64,000 nucleotides of DNA from Orbicella franksi (Eukaryota), in assembly GCA_964199315.1 (NCBI GenBank), contig OZ116699.1, forward strand, positions 1,116,001 through 1,180,000. Direction: 5' to 3'. A program made the translations under genes and the position numbers. Shown here piece by piece: positions 1 through 13,200 of this stretch. The notes below the pieces were generated by a model, which was not told where the DNA came from, searched no databases, and saw only the letters and a program-made list of their open reading frames with translations. The first letter of the stretch is position 1, and each line of letters begins with the position of its first letter.

Positions 1-198
1 CAATAAGAACACGTCTTTCGAATTTACGTTTATCCGGGGCTTGTTTGGACAGGCAGGAACTTGCCCAAATCTTCGCCCACTCAGTCTGATGAACGTGAGA
101 TCTTTCGAGAGCTCAATTACGCAAATAAAAGCAGTGATGGACAGAAGAACATTTCCATAGGCGAAGGTGGCACGCACAGTGCCAGTTTTAATTTTCAT
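1..198 (-). CDS. Possible N-terminus of a type II membrane/secretory-pathway protein, running off the window edge
   Basis: ATG at 198-196 directly preceded by an in-frame TAA; frame open for 66 codons to position 1: MKIKTGTVRATFAYGNVLLSITAFICVIELSKDLTFIRL... with one hydrophobic stretch. No recognisable domain. Confidence 0.3.
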   Translation of the reverse strand, partial: MKIKTGTVRATFAYGNVLLSITAFICVIELSKDLTFIRLSGRRFGQVPACPNKPRINVNSKDVFLL

Positions 199-3100
199 TT
201 ATCGCTCCCTTGGGATAGCCACAAAATCTCTTTTGGCGCGATTTACCGGTAAAACGGTTATAAACGAATTTCTTTGCAAGATTGTCAAAAGATCCGACGC
301 TATTTGAAATCAATATTTGAACTGTTGCTTAGTAAAAACAGCCTTTCTTCCTCTATAAACGTTGTAAATGTTGTTTTTTTTTTCTTTTTGATGTTCATTT
401 GAAGTGAAAATTCATAAAGCAATCCTGCCAAATAAACAGACTTTACGTTTTGTTTGATGTAATTATATATATATTCCTAATGTGAGGTCTGTTTGTGTTT
501 TATATTACGAATTTTGTACATCGGAAATGTAATGGATAAGACATCCCTCTCATAACGCAATAATCAGAAATAACAACAAAATTATATCAGGAAGTTATTA
601 GAAAAAAGCCTTTGCATTAAGGAACTAAGCATCTCTCAGTTAGCTTAAGTGAATGCTTTCGTGCCGGACTTGCGAAAAATCTAAAAGCATCAATGCAATG
701 CTTTAATTGCAGCACATGTCGTCATGGCGACTCGGAGAAAACCCCTTGCAATGAAACTACGCGTCGACCATGTCACTTGCTGTCAACGCTTGCACTTAAG
801 TTGTGACAACTTCAGTAATATCATATTCTTGTCAGTCGACAACAATAGTTTTGACTAGCCTGTCAATGTTAGAGGTCTGTACGTGTTTCGAAAGCGGCTG
901 GTTGTAATGCTTCGGCGTAAAGACCTTGCTTGAGCGTATGTTTTTGCGCGTTCAAAATGTTTTTTGTCCGATAGACGGAGTTCTTGTTTAGGTAGTCTAG
1001 CATGGCCATTCACAATCAGCGGGATATTTCAAGGAGCTATTGTTTTCCGCTATTTTTGTCTTTGTATTGGTTGAGCTATTTAAGCCTATGACCTGTCTAG
1101 GTGTTTATTGAAAAGAACTCACCAGTGTGTGACAAGTTCGATCTTTTCACGCAATGCCTTTTTTTAGTTAAAATGTATGCCATATATTTATGTAGAAATG
1201 TGAGGCGTGATTGGAACATTTTATTGACCTTTTACATTGGGCATTTAATTCACCTTGGCCTGTTATCCAGGGAGGCTGCATTTAAAAATTCATGTGGTAG
1301 CATTTCTAGAGGTTGGTCTCCCGGGGCGACTGCAAAAGGGTTGGATTTCGTTTTCAAATATATTTCCTGATTTTGTTTTCTGATCCTTTTTGGTCACCAA
1401 GTTGTCGTTTCTTTCTGTCTGTTCCCCTCTCGCGACAAATACCTTTTTCTTTACCCGTCACTCCGATCATGCAAAAATACGCCACTCATCGGGCGTATAT
1501 CTTAAAAAATTAGAATGTTACAAAGCAGTCGACGTAGTTTTCTGGAGACAGTGAGAAATCCCTCATAAGGAACATTGTTATGAATACTTCTGATGTTACA
1601 TTGAACAGATCAAACATATGGCAGTTTGAGAGGCCATTTTCGATGTCCGCTCAATGTGTTTCCAAATTGGGGATAAAAGCAAACCTAATGTTCAGCCGTC
1701 TTCAGCTAAAACATTTAAGATTGTAAAAGTCCGTGAACAGAACTTATCGTTTCGAGCTTGTACGTACTGAAAGGGCTCATTTACTTCTTTGTATAAGCTG
1801 TGCCGTGTTTATTTCCACTTCTGACGTTTTGACCTCGTTTCAGTGCTTTGGCAAACTGTTTTGAAAGTGGCTAAATTTAAAATCCTTGATTGAAATATTG
1901 ACAACTCAGCAGAAAGTGTCTAGCAGGACTGGACAAATTTCGAGATCTGCTAGAGTAAATAAAAGTGTTCGTGGATTTCATCAGGTTACAGCTGTAAAGT
2001 GATACATCTACAAAGATGTACAGACCAAACGAAGCGAACTATAAAGAAGGGAAATTTACCTCTCGCATCGCAATATGTATAAATTAACATTTATACAAAA
2101 ATTTCCCTCTAGTCTATATTGGTGTAGGGCTTTTACTTTCCCGGTTCTGTTCTCTCTTAAAAGATCAGCATATTGTGCTAAGAACCAAAATTAATGGTTC
2201 TTTTAAATTACTGTTTACAAACATGACTGCGGAATCAATATCATCTACTTTCAGAGATCAACGTGAAAAAATCCAGGGTGCGGAGCGCTTACTTTCTTTC
2301 TAATTTGCATATGGAAACAACTGCAGTTTTCGTCCTAATCTCTGCTAAATCTTTTTCTATCCTAGTCAAAGCACAACACAGAAAACTAGCGGTTGTCAGT
2401 TGTATAATGTTGCGTGCACGCAGAGACAATTAAGGTTCCTTTAAAATCATGCACCGACTTTTTGCAATTATTTTGTTTTCAGCCGAATGCCAATCAACGA
2501 ACACTGATAAAATTAGCGGCACGCTATATTCATTGCAGAATATATAAATCGTGCGATATTCATGGAAAGGGTATGATTTTGTTTCATTCTCTAACCCTGT
2601 AATCGTGAGTTTCATTAACGGAAATGCGGATTGACTCTGCCAACTCAACACCGGAAATTTTTAATTAGCAATTCGTTCACACAATGAAAGCCTTGTGGTG
2701 TCATTACCATTTGTATTAAATGTACAGTATTTAATACCCCGAAAAGCACTGCCCCTTTCGACCACACTAGCCAAGCGCTTCCAACGCCGGTAGCGATGTG
2801 CCACGTAAGAGAAATGCGGGAAATAAGGGTACATACAAATTAAGGATAGACTTCTCCCAGAGGGTCAGAATCCAAATGAGTCGAACTGTTTTCCCTGTTT
2901 CTCGGTAATATATCAGTTCAGAGATTTCCTCGTTTGCTACCACCTAAAGGATCGTAAAATTCTCCCATCCGCGCCGGTATATCAGGATACAGATTAGTTT
3001 GGCGAGCAATGCATAGTTGGGTAGTTATACGGAACCATGTTGAGGTCGGACCACAAATATCTGGGGAGATATATCCTAGGGTGCTTCGTCAGCCTCGTAC

Positions 3101-5955
3101 TATCTCTAAAACACAGTTGTTGTAGCCAATGGTTTTATTTTCTGCACTAGGACGTTAGTTCTCTCGAGCGCATTACACTTCTTTGTGATTTGAATCAATT
3201 TAAACGTAGATGTGAGCCCACAACAGAATACTCGTGATCGGCCTTCCTCATCAGTTGTGAGAGATCAAGATATGCGTAAAATCAGTCAGTAATTAAGACA
3301 TCGAAGCAAAGCATGGAGGGAAGAAGTCTGTTCATAGGCAGTGAAAATCAAACTACAAAACTCTGCTGAAGGAGAGACATTACTTCACTGGTCACGAGGC
3401 TTTTCCCTTAAAGAGTGGAGGACCCTGGTCTCCAAATGCCTCCACCGAGCATTTTACTCACCTTTTAGGACCTTTTAGGAGGTGGAAATATTTATCCGTC
3501 TGTTCTACATTTTGAGGTGTGGAAATTATCATAACACTGATATTCATTATACAGGGCCGTGGACCACTCAACCAAGGGGAAAAAATACACCGTTTCAATG
3601 GACTTCAAGGTCTTTAGCGTTTGGTTCTTAACGATACCTTATAACTTTTGGATAAGGGGTTTACTGAATATTCTAACGCAGAGGCGCATTAGAAAGGTTT
3701 CAGGTTTTTGTTATCGAAGCGCAGACAGATTATATAACCTCACTGATATTTCGGCTGTGACAGGTTTTGATATGGTCTAAAATTCGACTCACGTGAAGCA
3801 TAGAACGTGCGAATTACTCGATTACAGTAAACAATAGCTATTGAACTCTAGGCCAATGTCAAATCCAGTAAAAATCAGTGGAGATTGTGAATTTCGAAAT
3901 GTTTGTGTTGGAAATTGGTTTTACGTGTATGTGAAGTTTGAACTTTGCAGTTTCAGCGCTAATTTTAAACTGTTTGACTGCACGCGTTGTGTGAGCAGGG
4001 CCTACTTGTTCTTCATAACCATTGATTTGATTCGAAAAATATTACACTTAGCCTGATAAGTTGTTCAGAGTCAACGAATCACGATGGCACGCTTCCCACA
4101 CAGTCATCAGACCACTCAAGTCGAAAAAAAGATGACAACTCTCTCAATTTCTTTGCTGATTTCTAATCTTAACCTAGACCTCCCTTTTATTTATACGATA
4201 TAGCGAAGTCGGTTTCCTTTCAGTTATGTTATCTAACTTCAGTTATGTGATATTAATCTAAGAAACGATTTTCTAGGAAGAACGATTTGTTTTCTTTTTA
4301 CACGGAAACTGTCAAACACTACACGACACAATGTTCTGCGGCAACAATATATATTTTATTCGAATTCGTGTAGGTATTTCACTGACCTTGGTCGGCTTCG
4401 TACATTGCCAAAATACTGTCAAAGATCTTCAGATTGACAGTTTCCTGGAGTTGCAAGTACAATATCAAAAAGGTACTTGTGACTTCAATGAAAAATGATG
4501 TCCTCGAAGCTACTGAGAAAAAAAGCTTCTTTAAATGGGATCATTTTAATTTGACTGCAAAAACATTTTTGACTTCAATTTAATATGGGTCACGAAGTTG
4601 TGTTTTTAAACATTGTACATCAACGCGAAAAGTGGGCAAATTACTGTCTGAAAACGTTGATTAGGACAAGCGGAAATGGCAGAACGGTTCTAAGTACGTG
4701 TTAAATAATTTAGACTGGGCAGTTAATGCTGTTATGCCCAGAAAATTGCTCAATTATCACACGTCTCGCCGGTAGGTCTTTATCTCACCCAAATCTTTTT
4801 TCTTAAGGCCAGGCACGTGCTTTCCAAATGTATGCCTCACTCCACTTTTTTTTCAGAGAGGTCGTGCGTACGGACACGAAAGCAGACTGGCCAACATTTC
4901 CTCTGGCCAACAAGTCCCCGGCGCCGGCAGCGGCTTGAATTTAGTACGCCACACCCTACTGAGGCCGGGTGGGGTGCGGCAACAGGAATGGCCGACTGAA
5001 ACCTCGTGATCCAGCAACTGCGCAAATTGTGCCCTAGTTTAATTTAAAAGATCGTCGCTTGTTAGCTCGAATGCTAAGCTGTCTTCTCGGCACTTACAGA
5101 CAGAGGAAAGACCAGGAATTCAGACTAGCACGAGACTATGAGCTAGTCGTTCGTAACATTTGAAATAAATTTTAAAACACATTTTTTTTACGGAAAAAAA
5201 TACAGTGAGCGAACTTAAGTATGAATAATGTTGAAGAAAATAAAAACCTTACTACTAACAAAAGTTTTTAGGCGAAAGTTACGTTGAGTTATACTACGAT
5301 TTGTGCATTTTTTATTTCCCCGTCGTGCGAGACGCGAAAGAAAACCACCAGAAAAATACACTTTTTTTCTTGAGGTTTATTTACGGTTACGCTTGAAGGA
5401 CTGAGCGAAAGAGGGACAACTGCGGGAGAGGATATTCACAAGAGTTTATACTGAAAACTTCTAGTATTTGTTACCACTTTTCACGGACCAGAAGAACTCT
5501 GAAACAAGACTGCACGTCGCAAATCAATGTATACAGAGGAACTTCATTTATTCGACAGGTTGTGTCAAGACAGAAATAAAGTTCGCCATTATTTCTTCTC
5601 CCACTAAAAACACACTCAAAGCTTCAAACCAAGTCTGATGTAAATAAACACATACAAGCGAACATTTTTATTGAAGGGAGCGAAACTAGCGTTTTTAAAA
5701 TGAACCCTGACAAAATATTAGAAAGACAGGGTATTTGGGCCTTCTATAAAGGCCATTTTTCGCTGTCTTTTTTGGTTCTTTACTTGTACACCCTAAATGT
5801 GTCACTGGGATTTTTCTAGTCCAAAAGAAACTTGCAAAATTGAGTAAACCCAAAAGAATCTGATAGTCCGGGTTTTCAAGTCCAGAAGTCCGACATTTTA
5901 CCACGCATAAGTAAACAGAACGAGCCTGCGAGCTTTTAGCCAGCTGACTCTCAAA

Positions 5956-6942
5956 ATGGCGGACACCGTTCCATCTCTTGGCTATCCGAAGTTTTCACTC
6001 AGTGAATCGCGATTTGATCAGGTAACCATCGTCTTTTTCTACGCTAGGTAATTATTTCGAGAAAGGTTTTCTAAAGCGTTAAAGATATCGATGCCATTGC
6101 GCAATCTTTGTAGATCATACTTTGCAGATACTTTGCTTTGTTTCTCAGTTTGAATTTTAGAACTTTAGCTTATCGTTTTTGTCCCTTCTTCTCTAAGACA
6201 ACATATCTTGGTAGATATAAACGTTGCCTTGATGTGACAGACCCTAGAACTTTGTTTGTTGGAGAGGTAAGCCGATCTCATTATTTCTGGTTTGTCGAAA
6301 GTATAGTTCCCCCGGGGGTGGAGGGGGCGGAGGGGGGGCGTGGTTCTCCCAGAAAAATTGGGTGGGGGTGTGTTGCCCGCTCCCCGCTTTCCAAAACCCT
6401 TACCCTATTTATGACCAAAATCGGCCATTTTCCCTGCCCTATTTATGACCTGTCCAAAAGTTTGATACCTTATTTATGAACATTGCGGCTGGCACAGTTG
6501 CTCTAAACATAATTTATGAAGGGATTTTGTTGATGGTCTTATCGATAATGATGAAAAAGCAGCTTCTTCTAAAAAGCTTACCCAATTCAAGACTAGGATG
6601 CAAAAGCCATATCTTATTTATGAACAAAAAATTATGGCCAAAATCAATCCCCTATTTATGACCAAAACGGCTGAAAAACCGTACCCTTTAGGACTGCACA
6701 TACCAGTGGCAGATCCAGTCCTTGAGCTAAGAGGGGTGCCCGGTTTTGTTTTGCTTGCTCTTTCTTCTGTGATTTCTTCTTTTTTTTTACCCAAAATAAG
6801 GGGGAACCTGGGCCCCCCGGGCCCCTCCTCTAGATCCGCTACCGCATACCTATATAGCCCATATAAGGGATTAACTACACTCCCCAGGTATAGTTCAAAC
6901 CTTCACATTGAAGCAAATATAAGGTTATATACCCGGGGGGAC

Positions 6943-6987
<45 letters not shown>

Positions 6988-7240
6988 CGGTTTTCAAGCA
7001 GTTTACTCTAGGATAGGGTATATAAATCAGAGCGCTTGGGTCTAGAATAGGGTATCATTTTTCACAAAACTGACCAGTTGGATGAAGATTTTATCTAGAG
7101 TAAGGAAACCAGGAATTGCCACTCAAAAATATAAAAAAGTCAAATCGGCAAGTTTAAATTTACGCAAATCAGCCTCAACAGTGTCGATAGATGGGGGGAT
7201 TTGGGGAGTTTACTCTAGTATAGGTTGGCAAAATTCAGCT

Positions 7241-7272
<32 letters not shown>

Positions 7273-10200
7273 GGTCTCAGCGGCACATCCCCACCCAGAG
7301 ATTTCTTCCAATAAAAATAAAAATAACAAAAAAAAAAGAAAAAAAAAAAAAGAAATTCCGAAAGTACCTCCCCCAGGGTTGTATGTTTGATCAGGTAGTA
7401 CCTGTTTTTTTTTTATGCTTCCAAGACATAATTACATTAGTTAAATCTAAAAGCACCCATATCGCACTGGGGCAATTTCTTGGTCAAATTTCCCACTCTC
7501 TTGGCAGTTTACTATGTCAAATATTCTCAGAGCATCATATTCCCTACCCTCGAGATAGGTAGCCATATAACTTTTTATCATTGTGAGTCTCCTTATCAGC
7601 ACTCCAAACTTTGGATGAAAGCAATTATCTTTTTACTCATTTTCTCCCTTTTAATTCATATTTGCCTCATACATGATCATTTGACCTGAAAACTGTCGGT
7701 TTGAGCTCTAAGCATATTGTCTGCAAGATGTTTCTTTTAATTTTATTTTAATTGCAGAAAAAGTTTCAAGAATCCATAAAGCTATTACAGCAATTTGAAA
7801 ATGGCACATTACCACAAGGAACTACAGACCAGAGGGTAAATAAAGTCTCGTCCTACACAACCTGTTCATGAATTTGATTTGTTCATCATCCAATTGGAAA
7901 GCAAGGTCTGTGTGCAGAATTGTTGGTGTTAAGACCTAAGTGCAAAGATCCATGCAGAGTACATAAGGTGTTTTAATTAACAATTGCATCTAAACAACAA
8001 ACAAATGTCTGAGAGAGACACTCTCAGGCTATAATCTAGTAAGTCTAGTAAGGCCAGGAAACAAAATGTTAGCCTTCTTCGTGTCATCCCCAGAGGAGGA
8101 GTTGGAAAGAGGAGCTACCTTCTCATAATCTCATTTTAAAACTTCTATTCGGTAGATAATCAGTACTTTCATTGATCATTGCTTCACAATTTTGATTCTG
8201 TTCGTTATCCATACATTACAACCTGTTGTACTTCCCTGAGTCGGTGAAAAGATATCGTGCAGAAGATGGACAAACAGGCATTCTTTTCTTTTTTGTATAT
8301 TTTGCTTTAATCTGTAGTCTGTTATTTTTTTTAAGTGATCATAACAAGTACAATTTTATTAATGTTTTGTTTTGTTTTCTTCTGAATATATAACATGAAG
8401 CTGTGGGAGGCAAGAAAAGTAAAGGAGGTGACTCTTATTCAGCCTTTAGCCATTAGAAAATTTAAATAATTTCTTGACTGTCTTTTTTAATGGAGTTTTC
8501 TTGTGGCCAAAGATACAGGAACAGATGTTGTGACAAGTGGGGTACTGTACACAAACTACTGTGTCCTTTTTTTTGAATCAAGATTGCATTTTCCTTGGAG
8601 GTGACAGAAGTTGATCTGGTGGCCTCTTTGAGATTAATATTTTAGATCCATTGGTATGATGTTAATAAAAAAAATAGGTGCAGGAAAAGGTCCTGAGTGC
8701 CTCACTGTGTGTTACTTCCTGTTCTATTTCCAGGCCATTATACATCCAGATACTGGAAAGAAAGTCTTGATGCCATTTAGAATGTCAGGTTTGTTTGTTT
8801 TGTTTTTTTTTCAAAAAAATTGATCAATTTAACATTGTTACTTTATCATTCATACATTTTTATAGTAAAAAAATTATGACAAGCAATTTTCTCATCTCTG
8901 TCTCTGCAGGATATGTACCTTTTGGAACAGTAACGGCAAGTTTTAATGTTTACATCCTTTAGTTAAGTTGTTGGTAACAATATAAATTTTACTTTAAGGT
9001 GATCCTTTAGCATTGCACTGCGCATCCCTACTGCGCACAAATTTCGCCCATTAGCTAGTGCGCGTATAAAACGTAAGAAATTTCCCTCAAACTAAGCTCG
9101 ATAGCGAAATAAATGCCCCTTTTCTCTTAAACGAGCACGGTGACCCCCACATTTTATTTCACAATTTCAATGAGAACAATATCCTCAATAACGGAGAAAA
9201 AATTTAGCAGAAATCTATGGCTACTTTTTTGGCAAATGAAATAAATACTACAGAGGGAGACATAACGGGCCCAACAGCGCATGTCCATATCATGTTTCCT
9301 TTAAAGGATAAAAAAATGCAGGGTATTTGAAGACATTTTTCTGGGACGTAGATGAATAAACAGTCAAAGAAAGTGAAAGTCTGTGTGTTATGACACGCTG
9401 CATTGAAAAATAATCGAGCTTATTTGTTGGGTACGGAGATTACCAAAAGTCACCTAAATGACGGTATTTGTCAGCATTGTGGCGTGAAAACAAGCACGGT
9501 GACCCCCTCTTTTTACTACGTTTTTAATATCTCCTTGTCCTGTAACAACAGCATACCAAGTTTCATCGGAAAACTATGGCGGGTTCTTTTACTAGGGAAT
9601 CACCTTAAGGATGGCGATAAGGGAAATTCTTACAGCTTTTACAGTCCCCCGTTTTATCATGAATAAGTTAGTTTCATATGTAGCAATGAGAAATTTTTCA
9701 GAAGTGGACACGGATTAGTTTAGATTTAATAGTGTCGTGCACAATAATTATTGGTAGAAATAGATTGCATCACCAATGGACCCCAGATGACTCAGACAAG
9801 AATTGCACGGTGGTGAGGCCGATGGTTTTTGAAGAACCATTCACCACCCCTTATATCCGGTGCAGCAATGTGTAGTACAGAGCAAGCCAGTTTCTTAACG
9901 ACAAAACGAAGAATCGGATTGGATTTATGGTATTCTTTCATGGTATATCTTTCCTAGCTTTCTGGCTGTCGTGTGACTGACTCACTTGAATGTCGGGTAC
10001 ACTGACATTTTTTTCCAGTGCCACAGAACGCATTCACAAACAGCCTCCTTCTGCCCTCCTTCAAACTGTATTTTATTCCAAGGTACATGTGGTTTTCTCC
10101 AAAAGTTTGACCCAAAGAGGCTATAGACTTGTGAAATTAATCGATGAATATTACGCTGAATTACGCTGAATTGCTCACGAGCGCCGTTGTTCCAAACGTC

Positions 10201-13200
10201 GTTCTCAAAGAAGTAGCGCGTGGAATGGTTTGTTTAATATCTGAGTCACACCCGGCCTTATATTTACGTGACGTCAATTGCGCGCGACGCTATTAATATA
10301 TAAGAGAACCATTTATTTTCTTTCAGAAATGTTTTCAACTGACTTTGTTTTGGGGTATATTTTTTTCAGGTTGTAGGAATGCTGTTACCAGCACCATCTT
10401 TGAGGACTGTAATATTTTGGCAGGTATGTTTGTTTTGGCAGCCCCAACACACGTCGTGAACAGTCCGTATGTTAAATGACTGTAATAAGGCTTTGCATGG
10501 GAAAGGTTAACTTTGAAGATTTTGTCTTAATTCGTAGATTAATAAAATGGCCTTAATTTGTCGTTTAATCTGTAACCTGATGCATGTCTTTTGTTTTCTT
10601 TCTAAAAAAATTAATGAACCCGATCAAAGTTGAAAATAGAACAAACAGCAAAGGTAATGATGTACCGGAATCTACATATGCAGTAAGAGAAATCTTTGGA
10701 AGATGATATATTATCATATTTTCCCGCCAAAAAACTCTTGGAGTTAGCAAGCTTAAGACCTCCTGGAGCTAGCAAACTTTCTACTTTCGATGTTACAGTG
10801 GATGAACCAAAGTCACAATGCCGCAGTGAACTACTCCAATAGAAATGCAAGCAAGGTTAGAATATTTTTAATATCTTATAAATTTTACATTGACGCAAAT
10901 TAATCAGTTGTTGAGAAGAAAATACGATTTGTTTTATATACCTTCACGAAACTTAACGGGCGTTACGTTTAAGGTGGCTGACAACAGTTTCCGTCACTTT
11001 TCCAACAGCTGTAGTTTAATTGACAAATCAATACTGGCACTGTTTATCAAGTGATGCAGCTACAATATTGGCATCACGTAAATGCCCAATCATAACAGTA
11101 CAACCTGTTGAAAACTCCCTTAATTTTAGCCTTAAGTGCTTATACGCTCCGTGACCCCCACTTTTTGTCAGCGAATTGTGATAAGCATGGAAAGATGCAA
11201 TTTTTCTATGGAGGGAGCTCAGAGCCACCTTAAATGTTCGAAAAGTGCTGGAAACTGTTGCCAGCCACCTGAAGAACTCACAAGTTAAATGTAGTGTTTT
11301 TCCCTTTCTCTTCTCCGCCCAGATAAGATTGGAGTGTTTTGTGACCTTTTGATTCATATTCATCTTTGTTTCATCTTCAGCCAACACCAACCAGCAGATT
11401 CGTGTTGAGCTACTTTGGGGCTGTTACAAGTGCGGTCACAATTGCTGTAAGCTCTGATAATTAGCTCTCTTATTCACAAGTTGGTTCAACATTAACTTTT
11501 TCCTTACCATGTCGATACATTGTCAAGCAAAGAGGTAACGAGAATGAAGAAAAACATCAACTAAGAGATTATCTTGATTTGCAGTATGTAGTTGTCAGAA
11601 TTTACATTGAAAAAAGTTTTTTTGCTTAGAATGACGTATTTTGTAAAATGACTTGTCATTTGACTCGCTTGATTACCTTGATGAGGCCAATTTGCTTTCA
11701 GTCGTTTTCTATCTTAGCTGAAAATATATAGACAACCTTCCAGTCCAAGAGGAAACGGGAAAAATTCGCTGTTACGGTTCAAGTTTTTCCCAAAACCTTT
11801 CTCGCACTTTCCCGAAGGTCGGAATTTAGTTGAGTCCAAAACACATGGTATGGGTCAAAATGATAAGAAAAAAAAATGTTACACTTTTCCTCCTCTTACA
11901 CAAGACTGATATCCAATCAGCCCCGTATTGGCATTTACTTTTGAATGTTCTTTTCCTAAAGCTAGGATTGACTACACTGGTTAAAAGAGCAAAGATTTCC
12001 AATTCTTCAATCAAAGCCTTACTTCAACGATTAGTGGCCTATCCTGCTACAGGTAAAATTAACACCAGCCTTTAGTTTTCCAACATTACCTCTGCCTTAA
12101 TTCGCTAACTGGGCAAGCATTCTTGTGCTGAATACATGTGTAATTAGAGGAAAGTAAAATAACATGCTTTTATGAAATCAATCAGATATCAGTTAAGAAA
12201 AAATCAAAGCATGGCGACATGGTTTTCGCGCGCCTTCCTGCTGCGCGCTTGATGTTGCTGTCTGCTTTGAATTCTGATTGATTCGTTGCACTGTCTGTGC
12301 GCGCCGTGATTGGCTAGAAAACCGCTCTATTTCCCGCGTTTATGAAAAGTAAAATCGCTGAAAAGCGGAAAAGTCACGCCATGCAAAAATCATGCACGTT
12401 GCAGTCCGTTTTTTATCAAACATAAGCCAATTAACAAACAGACTTCAAGAAACAAAATTTTCTTCTCGTCTTCCAGCAACTGCGAACATCTGTAACGTGG
12501 TCCTGATGAGGAACCACGAGCTATTTACGGGAATTGAAGTGAAAGACAAAGAGGGAAATGTTGTGGGAACTTCAAAAATAGCAGCTCGAAAGGTACATAT
12601 ATATGGGCGTGAGGTCAATATGGCTAGATATTGGCCAAGATCTTTTATGGTGTGTCTATGGACAAAGACGGAGTCGAGTTCCATAAACACACACACAAAA
12701 TGAACGAGGCCAATATCCAGCCATATTGATCGAACAAGTTTGGTGAATACAGGATTTATTAGGCGCTTTCTATTTAAGAGAAACTTCTCGTTTTGTCTTT
12801 CAGAAATGTTTAGGCTTTATTTGGGTTTTGGAAGACTTTTTTGTGTATGGAAAATTTAAGGTGCATAGTAAAACAAAAATTACAACTCTTTTAAAGCATT
12901 ACGATGTGTAGTGCCGAACCAGTTCAACAGTCATTTAATAGTTTGTAATTTGGGGGCCAATTTTTTTTCCCCTCGGGTGGAGCTAGAGCTCATATCCCGG
13001 TGTAAATTATTGGAATTTCACAAAATTTCGTAGAATTAGTCGGAAGAGTGGCGTACATACAAAGCAGGAAAGCTAAACGTTAGAAGTGGTTTATTTCATG
13101 AATAAAGTGGTGACGTTCAAATTGTAAACCTTTCTTTGTGCATTTTTACTCACAGGCCGTGTTTGAAACAACTCTGACACGAATCCTTCTTCCGTTACCT

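Noticed and set aside
4850-5030. AAGTCCCCGG resembling the RNase MRP P4 motif in a GC-rich island
   Set aside because: No matching 3' P4/CR-V strand or GARAR loop found.
6138-6981. ORFs of 113, 61 and 127 aa in SFXN5 intron 2
   Set aside because: Apart from the 23-codon SFXN5 exon 2, they run through GC-rich MITE sequence with no transposase motifs.
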